From contig NC_043002.1 of NCBI RefSeq assembly GCF_006345805.1, positions 71,796,001 to 71,860,000 of the forward strand: a stretch of 64,000 nt of DNA, in the 5' to 3' direction. How positions within the stretch are numbered: position 1 is the stretch's first letter; each line of letters starts with the position of its first letter. The position numbers and the translations under genes were made by a program. A model generated the notes under the pieces. The model saw only the letters and a list, made by a program, of their open reading frames with translations, made no database searches and had not been told where the DNA came from. This DNA is from Octopus sinensis (lineage: Eukaryota). This document shows, piece after piece, positions 26,790 through 40,785 of this stretch.

Positions 26790-27130
26790 TGGCCGTCGAC
26801 AGTGAGTCATATGAGTTCAGTTGTGCAAAAGCATTTGACACTGCTCTACACCTATTTAAAAGTGTTCCTCTTTCACAATCACAGGACTGCGTACGAGCTA
26901 CTGGACAAACCAGAAAAACTCTCATGACATCGATCTTTACGCTGTCATGTAGTCAATTGTTTCAAACCATATTTTATCGTCTTAAACTCATGATCAGTCA
27001 ACGGGTTCTTAGGTACACGAATAGATGGGGACAGTCATGGCAGGAATATCTTTGATGATTGCTTTGCTCTACCAGGGCTAGTTTGGGATTAAGCAACATC
27101 AATATTCCTATCCTTTTTTTATCTTTAATT
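26790..27130 (+). mobile_element. Highly decayed LINE RT remnant
   Basis: FSCAKAFD (DFAKAFD-like) and a downstream PGLVWD/PILFLS region resembling QGSVLGPLLF. Confidence 0.4.
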
Positions 27131-29310
27131 CTTCTCTCTTTTTTTTTTTGCTTATCTATCTGCCATCTATCTATCAACCTCTCTATAAATCATCTGTATA
27201 TCTGCTTATCTGTCTATCTCTGTACCTCTCTTTATCTATCTATATTCCATCTCTAAATATCTAGCTAGTATTTCCTTCTCCTATTTCAACCAAGTCCTTA
27301 TTTGCAGGGATGGACTGAGCTCGGTTGTGCATGTCTTCTAAACTTAATCCGTTTCATATTTTTCCTACTCCAGTTCAAAAGAGTACGATCCCTTCATTTC
27401 AGATTAAATTTTCTTTATTTCATTTTTCTATGTTACTTCTATTATTTTTAATCTAACAACTTGGAGAAGCCAAGTTTTGAATTCCTTCACTTCACTAGGA
27501 TTCTGTGTAAGAGATAGAATAAAACATTTTACCTTAGCATATAGTACATCAAATATAACATTTAAAAAAAAACATAAAACTTTTCGATCCCGAAACAGTT
27601 CTTACCAATTGAACCTTTTTTGATTGATTTCCTATCGATTATTTGTTTTTCTTTATTTATCGATTATTTGTTTTCTTCAAGTCAAGAATAAAATATTCGA
27701 ATTCTTCTTGAGATATTTTATCAACTAGCACATATATGTATTCTTTATATGAACACCACCCTGTACTTAACTCCATGTCCCCCTACCTGGCCTTGCTAAT
27801 TGCTTTTGAGCCAAAAATTAACTAACTAACATAATCATTTATTTACTTCCAACTGCTATTGTTTAGGCCTGTTAAGTGTACAGTTATGAGCGTTTGCATT
27901 CCAAGCGTGAACATCCTGTATTTTGGGATTACTTTGACTGAGTGACATTCCTTCAGGGAGTCAGAATGCACGTGTTTGGAGGTATCTTTAATTGGAGCCA
28001 CGGTAGTTCTTGACACTCGTACTTCTAAACGCTGTTAATATTTTAACTAAAGGCTTCGTTCCAAACTCAATAAAATCCTAATCATCGACTCAGCCTACAT
28101 GCCGAGAACTTTTACACCCTGCCAACTTCTCTGATAACTAAATAAAATTAAATTAGCATAAAGTTAAATTTTGCAACTTTTGAAAATATCAGGTTTTCAA
28201 ATCTATTTTTCAAGTCATTCTTCAAAATTTCTCTTTGTTTTATATTTCATTTTATTTCGCTTCGTTTTTATTTGCCATTGTTTTATTGTTCGTCTCTCTG
28301 TTCCTGCGTATTGATTTTTCTTCTCTTCTCAATCGTTACTTCTTCACTATAAATAAGAAGTCATAGCGTCTTTCTGCAGTATTTATAGAATAACGCCAGG
28401 AAAGTATTTCATCTCATAAATATATCAATGAGATCTAAACACTATCAACTAAATTTCCTAACACATTTTGCTAACATTAGTTGTTGTTGTTATTTGATGT
28501 TTTTAAACCAGTCTTTCTTACTTTTTTTCTTTTACTTTTACCAGTTTATCTTTTTGATAAGTGCTTTTTGTTTCTTTAAATTTTCGTCGTTTTTTTTTTC
28601 TTTTTGCTTTTTTTCATTCTTTCAAAAAAGCAAATAAATATCTTAGTTTCAAACACTTTCTTCAGTAAACTCGTAAATATCTCGTTTTCCTCCTCATTCA
28701 TTTCTCCGCGGATTACGACTCAATATCCCATAGAGAATATTTAAATTTAAAGAAAGTCGTTTGCGCAATGTATATTATTGACTAATACGGCTAAGTGTTC
28801 GAGGCTTGAGAAATTTTTATTTATGGCGTAGGTAGTATTTATGATATAATTAATAGAACTAGTCTGGCTGTGGATATGATGAGCTTATATATTCGAATAG
28901 TTGGTATATACACTTATTTTGTATTTTACGCTCTATGCGACTGGCTTTATGATTGGCTTGAGAGCAAATTGTATATGACTATTGCAATATATTGTTTGAT
29001 TTAACAAGGTCGGTGTTTGTTCACAAAAGTAAAACTTGTATTTATGGTTTGGATGTATTTTGGTCAAAACTATTTTGATTTATAGGGTTAATAATTTATC
29101 TGCCGTATAATTTAGATATATGCAGAATATTAATTAACTGACATAATATTCGTCTTTTTTTATTTCTATTTGTTTTGCCTTTGTGTATTTTTGTGCCTGT
29201 ACAGGATTATTATAAATTGTTAAACTTCTATAGTGCACAAACTGTTTTGAGTATGTAGTTAGCGTGTGTGATATTCCGATACCATGTAAACGATACGACG
29301 GTGGTTGTAT

Positions 29311-29722
29311 TCTTTTCTTCTTTTACTTGTTTCAGTCATTTGACTGCGCCCATGCTGGAGCACCGCCATAAAGGGTTTAAGTTGAAGAAATCGCCCACAG
29401 GACTTAATCTTTGTAAGCCTAGTACTTATTCTATCGCTGTATTTTGACGAACCGCTACGATGCGGGGACATATAGATATCAGCATCGGTTGTAAATTGAT
29501 GGAGGGTGGGGGGTGGACAAATACACACACACACACACAAACAAGCATACACACACACACACATATATATATATTTATATAATATACACGAAGAGCTTCT
29601 TTCAGTTTCCGTCTACCAAATCCACTCACAATGTTTTGGTCAACCCAAGAACATAGCAGAAGGTGCCACACAGAACAACTGAACCTGGAATCATGTGGTT
29701 AAGAAGGAAGCTTCTTATCACA
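29311..29722 (-). mobile_element. SINE family B
   Basis: Reverse complement of the 7895-8340 family, with internal microsatellite. Confidence 0.85.
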
Positions 29723-30309
29723 CAATGGAAAGCAATTTCGGGCTTTGTACAAATTTGGGGCTTTGTACCTAGAGTAGAACAGTATATTGTTCCGCAGAAT
29801 ATATCAATACATTTTTAAGCCAAAATGTAGAAAATTGTACATACCTTTTCAATATACACAATGTTTTTGTGGACAGAACAAGAAGGAACAGGGGAAGCAG
29901 TTTCAATCCTTCAACACAGCTTTCATCAACGGTTACGCAGCAACATTAAATGTTCGTTAGATCTTTATCTACATACTTTTCTAAGATCGCAACTAAACTG
30001 AAAAAAGAACAGAATATAAAATTGAATCAACACATTGTTCATGCATCAGAAATATGAGTCGAACTACTTGCTAAGAATGTACTATATCTGTATATGCAAG
30101 GCGGTCTATCCTATTTATTAATTGTAGTTTTAGCAGAAGAACGTCAATGGAGATTTTAAAATAGTCTTGCTCGTCCTTGTTGTTCTCTCAACATAGATAT
30201 TGCATATACACATATGGTTTACATTTCTTCACGTATGAAACGACCGTAATGCATTGGTACCTGGACATCCTGTTACTTATTTGCTTCATATATATATATA
30301 TATATAATA

Positions 30310-30340
<31 letters not shown>

Positions 30341-30344
30341 GTCT

Positions 30345-30861
30345 GTGTGTTCGCGCGAGAGTGAGGGCGCACCGATGCAGTCGTCAATATAACGACTATA
30401 TAGTTCGGGAGTGAGAGCAGTGAAACTTGGAAATATCTGGGCCTCAACGTAGCCAATGAAGTGGTTTGCATAGTTGGGGCCCATTCTCGTTCCCATGGTC
30501 ACTCCCGAAATTTGCTGGTAAAAAAACCCGCGAACGAAATGCAGTTAAGTGAGCGGACAAGTTGGGCCAGACGAAGGTATGCGGATGCGTCAGGTTGGGG
30601 TTGGATCGAAGGTCAAGGAAATGCTGGAGTGCACGCAGCCCCTCGTGGTGAGGGAACACAATGTATAGGCTCTTGATGTCAAGAGTGAAGAGAAGTTTAG
30701 AGAGGCCAGGAGGGAAGGAGACAGTGTTGAACAAACGAAGAGCATGGTTGGTGTCATGGATGTGAGAGGGGAAAGAAACCGCTAGGGGGAGGGCAAGGAT
30801 ACGGTCAAGATATCTGGAGATGAGTTCGGTGGGGCAGTTGCAGGCCGAGAAGATGGAGCGG
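30345..30861 (-). mobile_element. Penelope-like element reverse transcriptase fragment
   Basis: SACNCPTELISRYLD, SHIHDTNHALRLF, LLFTLDIKSLY.FPHHEG, MGTRMGPNYANHFIGYVE, PELYSRYIDD; flanked by (TA)n. Confidence 0.9.
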
Positions 30862-30872
30862 TCATATATGTA

Positions 30873-30910
<38 letters not shown>

Positions 30911-30915
<5 letters not shown>

Positions 30916-31477
30916 AATAGTAAAAAGCGAAAAAACTACAGAAGGCTTGTTTTAAAAGGTTAAAACTATATATATTTGAGTCAATATGTCTGAAGAATGT
31001 TATAAATTTTTTTCATACAATGACATAGTTTAGAAAAAATTACCCGTTTCGCCTTCAGCTTTTCAAATTTCTTAAATAGTTATGTTTACGTTGAGCGGAT
31101 ATCTAGATAATAAGTGATTTCTTCCGGTGTAAGGGAGATAATCGCTTAAAATTATTTGCCTTTCTTTTGGATTGAGTTTCTCTGTATAAGTATGTTGGAA
31201 TGGTTAAGTTTGGGCTTGTATATTTCAATGAAGAATGTTTCCTTGTTTAGTCTAATTTGTGTTGGAAGAAATCACTTATTATCTAGATATCTGCTCAACG
31301 TAAACATAACGATTTAAGAAATTTGAAAAGCTGAACGCGTAACCGGTCATTTCTTCTAAACTATATCATTGTATGAAAAAAATTTATAACATTCTTCAGA
31401 CATATTGACTCAAATATATATTTTTTAACCTTTTAAAACAAGCCTTCTGTAGTTTTTTCACTTTTTACTATTTTCTA
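30911..31477 (-). mobile_element. Penelope 3' end: GIY-YIG C-terminus between inverted pLTR copies
   Basis: Arms 30911-31125/31264-31477; the 138-bp spacer translates TQIRLNKETFFIEIYKPKLN on the minus strand. Confidence 0.8.
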
Positions 31478-31525
31478 TATATTCAACCACGTGCGTTCAC
31501 ATACCAACTTTCTTACCTATATATA

Positions 31526-31669
<144 letters not shown>

Positions 31670-34095
31670 GTATGTATATTCGGTGTTGGCTAAATTTATA
31701 TGTACATGCATGTATATATATGTGTGTGTGTGTCTCTCTGTCTGTCTATATGTATGTATGAATGTGTGTATGTATGTATGGAAAAAGCATAATATAGCAT
31801 TGAAACAAATAATTGTTAACTGTTTAGTAATTTACGAATATCACAAACTGGAAATTGTGCGTTTTATATGCAAATTAGTTTATCCTATTTGCTATATTTG
31901 TAAGCAGAATGTTCATGGACATTTAAAGAGGAAATTCAATCACTGATGAAAATTCCGGCTGATCCTTCTTTCTCTCCTCACAAACATAATATTTCGTATA
32001 TACAAAGCGTTAACATATGTTTGTTCATACACTGTCAGCTGAAATTCTTTACAATTATTCGGTAGTACAATACGGCATTGATGTTAATGTTCTATTCTAA
32101 CGCGTATATGAGAAAAAAATTTAATTTTTCTTTACTTTTTATTTTAATATTTGTAACTTGAATCCTTTTGTTTGTATGTGTGTGTAGTAGTTCTCTTTTC
32201 AGTTGTAGTTGTTATTCCCATCAAGCTCATATGAATGCAATTCAATAGCGTTTGTTATAGCTGAAAAATATGTATGTTATATTTTGCAAACTGTTCTCAA
32301 ACATAAAACAGATGAATACTTTAGACACAAAATTTGCTGTTTAAGCGCAAAATTGCTGACAAGAGCAAATCTGTTATTTAACAACTGCTCTGTCTGGTTC
32401 ATTCATTATATCCGCTTTAGAACATTCGTTTTCGATATTATAAACAACAAAACTGTTCGGCATTTCTATTTCATTTAATTATCTGCTCAAAGCATCTGGC
32501 GTATTCATTATTCGCTTCTTAGATCATCTATGGCGGAATGCCAATCTACGACTTGTTAAAATAAATACAAACCACCCCATGTAAAACAACTTCACAAATT
32601 GTAATTATGAAAGTAACTATAACATTAAGTTGTAAATATTTGCTAATTAAATCAATTTATTTTATCTCATTAACAATTAATATTTGGTATCTTAGATGAC
32701 TTGCAGCTTATTTTGAAAGAAATAATCTTTTCTAGATTCTGGTCAGATCAACAGTCTTTATCTGTTATTGGTACATTGATCAACGGAAATATAATTTGTG
32801 GAATGTCTATTATTAGAATAAAGAACGATATTCAATAATCATAAGGTTACAGAACTCATTTAATTTAGCTATTAGTCAACTATTTATTGAATATGTACAT
32901 CACCGAATACAACGTGTTTTTTTTCCTTTATATAATTACATATTACATAAATGTGATGTCTTGTGACTGAATAAGATAACAGACATTTTGTTCATAAAGT
33001 TTTTTTTCTAATTTATAAAGATATTGCAGTGATAATATTATTTCAGCTAAATATAAGCTTATTTCGCATTAAACATATTGTTATGCTAGCTTCATTTCAT
33101 TTTGGTTATGTATAGAAAACAGATGTGATATCTAGGCCAGTCTTGTCCTTACAAATATCATGGCAATATTAATCTAGCCAGATGGCAGCCGTTAATAATA
33201 TGACTGAATTTGAAAAATAAAGCAATTATTATAATATAGGGTGTCTCATAAATAACGTTACGTAATATTTCTGTGTCTATATTAATCTCTATTATCATAC
33301 GTAAGTATGGTTTCTGCTATCGTTTAATGCGATACAATTTCCATCATTGAGATTCTAGTTTTATGGAGGCGTCAGAATTCTTATAAATAGTTTTGCAATA
33401 TGTTTCCGTATAGAAAATAACAACAATGCTGCTGTTACTGCTAAATCCGCGGATACATAACCAGAATATTAATATGAGTCACAATAACAAGAATTTTCAG
33501 TTGAGAAGCTGTTCTGTCAGATTTTTAAAACCATCTACATAACATCTGTGTGACAGCAGTGACCACCACACGGTAGAAACGAGATTCCATGCGAGTAAAT
33601 TTCCCGGTGAAATTTCGAATTTCAGTCAATTCAATCTCATATTGCACTATTAGAAATATTTATAATTAAACTGAAATCCAGCATATTAATTATCAGCTTA
33701 TCGAGATTCTAAAATAACTGAATATAAAACAATTGTGACAATGTCGTTCAAATTTATATTACAAGTTTATTATATGTATTATACTACATTGTAAAACGGT
33801 GGATTTGTAAAATCAGTAGAGCGTCTGGCAAAATATCTAGCATTTCTTAGTTGTGGCTTTTTTATGCTCAAATCCAAATTTGTTCGACTTTACGTTTTGA
33901 ACTTATCGACGTCGATTGAGGAAATATCACATGCTAGGTGTGCAATGAATGACTTTTTTTCATCCACCAGAATTTCTGTCTCAGATTAAAGATTGTTATT
34001 GAGTATCGTGCGTATAGCCCAAGCCATTATATGCATGCGTTCTCACAATGCAGATATATATTTACATACATGTTCGTGTCTGCTTATGTATAAAT

Positions 34096-34931
<836 letters not shown>

Positions 34932-35518
34932 CGCGACACTTGAAAATTCATAACAAACAAACGGAAAACGGACTCAGTCATTTCATCACTCATGCCCTTT
35001 TACCCTTTTCATCCTTTCGAGGTCAATAAAAAATAAGTAACAGTTGAGTACTGGGGTTGATGAAATCAACTTGCTCCTCCCACAAAATTGCTGAATTTGT
35101 GCAAAAGTCTGCAACCATTATCATTAATCATAAGTACAGTTCTAATTGAGTTGCATTTTATGACAGGCGGTTTGTATACTGCAGTTGTAAGAAACTCGCT
35201 TCCAATAAATTATCTAGATATAAAATTCTTAGATTCTTACGTGAGCCAACAAATGTATATATTAGGCATATTAAATAGGTTTTTTTTTTTGTCTAGCGTC
35301 TAACATGCTTTCTGCATAAATAGCTATTGTGGATAAATCAGATGAGTTATTTAAAACAAAATTGCTTTACAATTTTATTCAATTCGTGAGTCAAATTTTT
35401 GACCGTATATCAAAATCGAAGGCGCCTAACGTCTTTAGCTATATCTGTGAAAATTATGTAGTATACTAGAATGTATTGAAATGCAACTAAGTTTTGAGTG
35501 CATGTTAATGTTTTCATC

Positions 35519-35902
35519 GACGCAGGAGTGGCTGTGTGGTAAGTAGCTTACTTACCAACCACATGGTTCTGGGATCAGTCCCACTGTGTGGCACCTTGGG
35601 CAAATGTCTTCTACTATAGCCTCGGGCCAACCAAAGCCATGTGAGTGGATTTGGTAGATGGAAACTATATATATATATGTATGTGTATGTATATGATTGT
35701 GTGTCTGTGTTTGTCCCTCCAACATCGCTTGACATCTGACGCTGGTGTGTTTACGTCCACGTAACTTAGAGGTTCGGCAGAAGAGACCGATAGAATAAGT
35801 ACTAGGCTTACAAAGAATAAGTACTGGGGTTGATTTTCTCGGCTAAAGGCCTTGCTCCAGCATGGCCGCAGTCAAATGACTGAAACAAGTAAAAGAGTAA
35901 AA
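35519..35902 (+). mobile_element. SINE family B
   Basis: CGCAGGAGTGGCTGTGTGGTAAG head through ACTGAAACAAGTAAAAGAG tail. Confidence 0.9.
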
Positions 35903-37387
35903 GGGAGAGTAGAGATCAACTAATTGCATTTTCGTTTCTTGACGAAATATTTTAGTACGAAACTTTGTTATAGAATCTTCATTATACTTCACGAAAGATG
36001 TGTGTGAAGCCCATCTCATGCAATTTTATACTCATTGACTAACGACGTGCAGTTGGATAAATTTTACATATGAATATGTGTTTGATCTTGATGTATAAGG
36101 AATTGCAAATAAAATTTCCCTTTGAAAACGTTGAGAAATTATGCAATCAGAAGCTCCTTTTCCCTACTTTGGTCTCTCTCCTAGTTAAGGAAAATAGAAT
36201 GATGACTCCGCGAGAAAACTGAGTCGGCATGAATACCCACAAACCGATGATTTCTCAGTTGGCAATTTAATGTATCATTAAGAAGCAGTAAATATATTAA
36301 TCATAAAATATATCATCAAAATCTTTCATCGTATGTCTACCACCTGAGTAATGGTATTCTCCTTTTATGTATCTCTTAACTATGTCATAATTTATGCGAT
36401 ATAGCGTATAGAAGTGAATGGAATGAATGATTAAGATATTGCCTTCATATTCAGAGCATTACTTTACTTTATCTAGTGATGGGAAATAGGAATCTCATCA
36501 CCTTGTGAATATTACATGAGATAATGGATTTCCAATGTAGAGGAACATTTATCTCTTTTACGCCTAGAGACATGAAGTTAAATCTGAAGACCAAGAACAA
36601 CGAAAGAACCGTTATCTCTGCCTGCTAGAAACTGCAACCAAATTTTCCTCAAAGCATTTTCATACGTTACTATAAATTAAGGATACATAAAGCATCTAGT
36701 CTTGCGTCAAAAATTAAATTGAATGAACGTGACTGTTCAATGAGGACTAAGCTAAACAACAACCTAAGCAATGATAACATTATATGGCCTGTATCACAAC
36801 CAGGGGACATACGGAAAACAAGAAAAACATATGCTTAATTCCTCATCGGCTATTGACCAAAGCAGTGTTTCGTTGTCCAGTAAACACATATTTTATGATG
36901 CATATCATTAAAATAATTGCATGGCCGCAGCTCTGAGCTGAAACAAAAAAAATATACTTTAACCAGTTTTAAAAGTTTCTCGACATGTATTATAACTGCT
37001 CCTGGTTTGAGCCGTTGTTGATGTTGCCTTGCAACTGTACAAGTTATTCATTTGAAATAAAATATGACCGAGATAAACTGTGTTAGTATGTGTATATATG
37101 TATCTGCATGTCAGTGATGACATTCTAAGCATAAATATTCTGCATTGCCAAACTATCTCAGTGTCGGTGATTGTGTAACGGTTTTATCTAAGACGTACAA
37201 TAGAATAAACATTCGTTGTCGGTGGAGACTCTCATTTAAAGCAAACCGGTTGATCTTGTAAGTTTTCATTGAAAACTATTCAAAGCTACATTGGGCGGTT
37301 GGGATAAATCTTTAATACAAATAAACTGTCTAATGACTATAGATACTAGAATTAGCAAATTAATCATCCTTTGTGTCGATACCACAG

Positions 37388-37435
37388 ATCACGCCAATTT
37401 GATCGTTGTCGTTGTTGGCGCCATCTTCCTTGTTG
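37388..37435 (+). other. Candidate 48-nt phase 1-1 exon encoding a hydrophobic segment
   Basis: CCACAG acceptor, TTG|GTGAGT donor, (D)HANLIVVVVGAIFLV(G). Confidence 0.35.
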
Positions 37436-37800
37436 GTGAGTAATGTTGCTGTTTTGCCACAAAGTTAAAGTTATGCGAAAATGTATTCCAGCCATGATAG
37501 CCACACATTCTTGTCCACTATGCCTAATTTCACGCAAACTTATGTGCCCTTCATGAAAACATCATACGCGAGATTTGGGCGAGATTTTGTTACTATTTCC
37601 AGCAACTCAAGCGATAACATAGAGGTTCCCGGGCACACACATTTTAAAGAGGCATTCTTTTAATCATTCTTATTTCACTGTTAATGTTAGGTGAGATTCA
37701 CTTCGATAGTCACTCAACAAATTCTACAAATATCGATTTCAAGTTGGTCTACCAGCTACGTCTTGGAGAATTCCCTTCCAGTTTGAGAATATTATAACTA

Positions 37801-38480
37801 CGAGGGTAATCCAAAAAGTAAGGTCTCCAAAAATATTTAGAAATCACAGAAACGTTTATTGTCAATGATGTTTAAAACATTTTAAAGTTTTGACATTTAT
37901 CTATATTTCTACATAATCGCCATTTCGGTCAATGCATTTTTGTTGGCGCTGGGGTAGTTTTTTTATGCCCATGTCGTAACTTCTGACTGCCATGTCGTTG
38001 AGGAAGCGTTGAACCTCATCTTTCCCCTCGTCGTCATTGCTGAAGCGTGTTCCAGCCAAATGTTCTTTCAACTTAGGGAACAGGTGGTAGTCACTGGGTG
38101 CCAAGTCCGGACTATAAGGTGGGTTACCGTTTATGGTCTACTGTGAGCATCTTGCGCACACCTTCCGATATTCCAGCTTTTCACTCAAACCCTATGAATG
38201 GTGCTTCGAGAAACCTCAGGAACCAAAAATGCGGAGATCATCCTGAGTGATCTATCGATTTTCATGCATTTTGCGTTCAAAAACTGAATAACTGCGCGAA
38301 CTTCACAATTGGTGGTAGCGTCAATCGGGAGCTACTTCAGATATGAGTGCCAAGCCAAGACTGAGCGTGGCAGCGAGATGCAGACAGGGACAGGTACAGG
38401 CCCATGCACACCAAATACAACACGCCCAATTTCCCTGCGTCCTCAGCGCTTTGGAGACCTTACTTTTGGGATTCCCCTCG
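37801..38480 (-). mobile_element. Internally deleted mariner (680 bp) with intact TIRs
   Basis: 30-bp TIRs 28/30 identical, TA on both sides; PPYSPDLAPSDYHLFPKLKEHL C-terminus fused to the N-terminal part. Confidence 0.92.
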
Positions 38481-38525
38481 TATATTAACTCCAAGAGGTA
38501 AGGTATCGATAACGATCTCCGTATT

Positions 38526-39132
38526 TATTTCTTTATTGCCCACAAGGGGCTAAACATAGAGGGGACAAGCAAGGACAGAAAAACGGATTAAGTCGATTAT
38601 ATCGACCACGGTGCGTAACTGGTACTTATTTAATCGACCCCGAAAGAATGAAAGGCAAAGTCGACCTCGGCGGAATTTGAACTCAGAACGTAGCGGCAGA
38701 CGAAATACCTATTTATATTTCTTTACTACCTACAAGGGGCTAAACACAGAGGGGGACAAACAAGGACAGACAAACGGATTAAGTCAATTACATCGACCCC
38801 AGTGCGTAACTGGTACTTATGTAATCGACCCCGAAAGGATGAAAGGCAATGTCGTCCTCGGCGGAATTTGAACTCAGAACATAGCGGCAGACGAAATACC
38901 TATTTCTTTATTACCCACAAGGGGCTAAACACAGAGGGGACACACAAGGACAGACATAGGTATTAAGTCGATTACATCGACCCCAGTGCGTAACTGGTAC
39001 TTAATTTATCGACCCCGAAAGGATGAAAGGCAAAGTCGACCTCGGCGGAATTTGAACTCACAACGTAACGCCGACGAAATACCACTAAGCATTTCGCCCG
39101 GCATGCAAACGATTCTGCCAGCTCGCCGCCTT
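38526..39132 (-). mobile_element. SINE family A head-to-tail trimer
   Basis: Units 38526-38709, 38710-38900, 38901-39083 plus a single head at 39084-39132. Confidence 0.9.
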
Positions 39133-39219
39133 AATGATCTCCATATTTTGAACATTTAGTTTACTTTTATGAATTAAATTTGTACATCTCTAATATCTTT
39201 TAAGAATTTGTAACTTTCT

Positions 39220-39430
39220 AGCGGCACGTGACCTCCTGGTTAGCATGTTGCGCTTGTGATCGCAGTATCATAGCATCGATTCTTGAACCGGAAAATATGT
39301 TGTGTTCTTGAGCAAAGCACCTCCTTTTCAAGTTACTCGAATCCACTGTTGCCCGTTCAGGGGAGGATATGTATTGTGTTTTCGTGATTGCTTCTATGCC
39401 ATGCAAACCGAGTAAGGGGCCCTATGAATT
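39220..39430 (+). mobile_element. SINE family C (tRNA head, CORE-like GTTCTTGAGCAAAGCAC), diverged
   Basis: TGGTTAGCATG...TCGATTC head and CORE-like motif; related to 52330-52612. Confidence 0.55.
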
Positions 39431-39564
39431 CCGGGGCTCGAGACAGCGATAATTTGTAACACTGGTTTATCTTTGTTACATAAATAACTTTTATTATATT
39501 TCGTTTTTCGACTTAGTTTGCAAGATTCTTTATATGAGTTCGTGTGTTGAAGCATATTCTGTTG

Positions 39565-39719
39565 TGTCTGGGGAGAGTCATTTTCTTTTTGTGCCTTATT
39601 ATGTAACACAATCACCGGTAAAATTTCCACTTTTTTCTAAAATTTTTGTTGCGTCTTGCAACCTTTTCGATAGTAAGAAATAACATAAGGCACAAAAAGA
39701 AAATGACTCTCCCCAGACA
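39565..39719. repeat. 35-bp perfect inverted repeat, 85-bp spacer (PLE-type end)
   Basis: 39565-39599 is the reverse complement of 39685-39719. Confidence 0.85.
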
Positions 39720-40414
39720 TAACTTTTATTAATTTTCTTTTAAATTTCTCACACTTTTCCCAGCATAATTAATACATTTGTAACGAGGTTTTCACTTAAC
39801 ATACAAATTTAGGTACTTCATGTACATAAAACAGTTGAACAGCTTGCTGTGATATTTTTAGCTATTTTCAGCATTGTTTAGTAGTATGTTGGTTAAGACC
39901 GAAACGAAAGTATTGTGGAGTATTTCTCTTTCGAAAGGGATCGGTTTTGCTTCAACAAATCCCTCGTTTGTTGGTATCTGTAAAACATCTTCCATTTAAT
40001 AGTGACATATTTGATGTAGCTGCCTCTTATTGTTGATATTGGCTAATGTTTCCTAAATCTATAATTGGAGATTACTGTCAAACGATATCTTGTATATTGA
40101 TGCCAGATATCCATGTATGCCAACTTTAGTTCCATCTTTCTATTACAATCTTCAGATATGGTTTTCATTGTAATTAAATGAGCTTTCTGTTATTCAAGTA
40201 GTATGTTTTTTTTTTATTTTTCATCCAAGCAATCATCCTTTGCTATGAGATTACCATAAAGCTTTTGCACATTGTAGTTTAGTAAATGATATTTCTGTAG
40301 TTTGGGGATATTATTATCCTACAGTGATCGGGATTAAGCTGATTTTGCCCCCCAGTAGATTATTTCTCTTCTAGGTCTTATGAATATTTTATACTTTTTT
40401 ATCTTTTGCTTTTT

Positions 40415-40785
40415 TACTTGTTTCAATTATTGGATTGCGGCCATGCTGGGGCACTGCCTTGAAGAGTTCCAGTCAAACAAATCGACCCCACTGCTTATTT
40501 ATATTTTTAAATTCGGTATTTATTCTATTTTCCAATTTTGTCGAACCGCAAAGTTATTGCGGAGTAGACAAGCCAACACCGGTTACCAAGTAGTTGGGGA
40601 ACAAACACAAGCACAAAGACATACACGCATATAGAGACACATACATACGAATATATATGGCTGACTTCCACACAATTTCCCTTTTCTAATTCACTCACAA
40701 GACACTGGTCGGCTCGAGGTTATAGTAGAAGACATTTGCCCAAGGTACCACACAGTGAGACTGAATCCCCAAACCACGTGTAAAT
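40415..40785 (-). mobile_element. SINE family B, diverged
   Basis: GCGGCCATGCTGG, AAATCGACCCC, TATAGTAGAAGACATTTGCCCAAGG. Confidence 0.75.
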
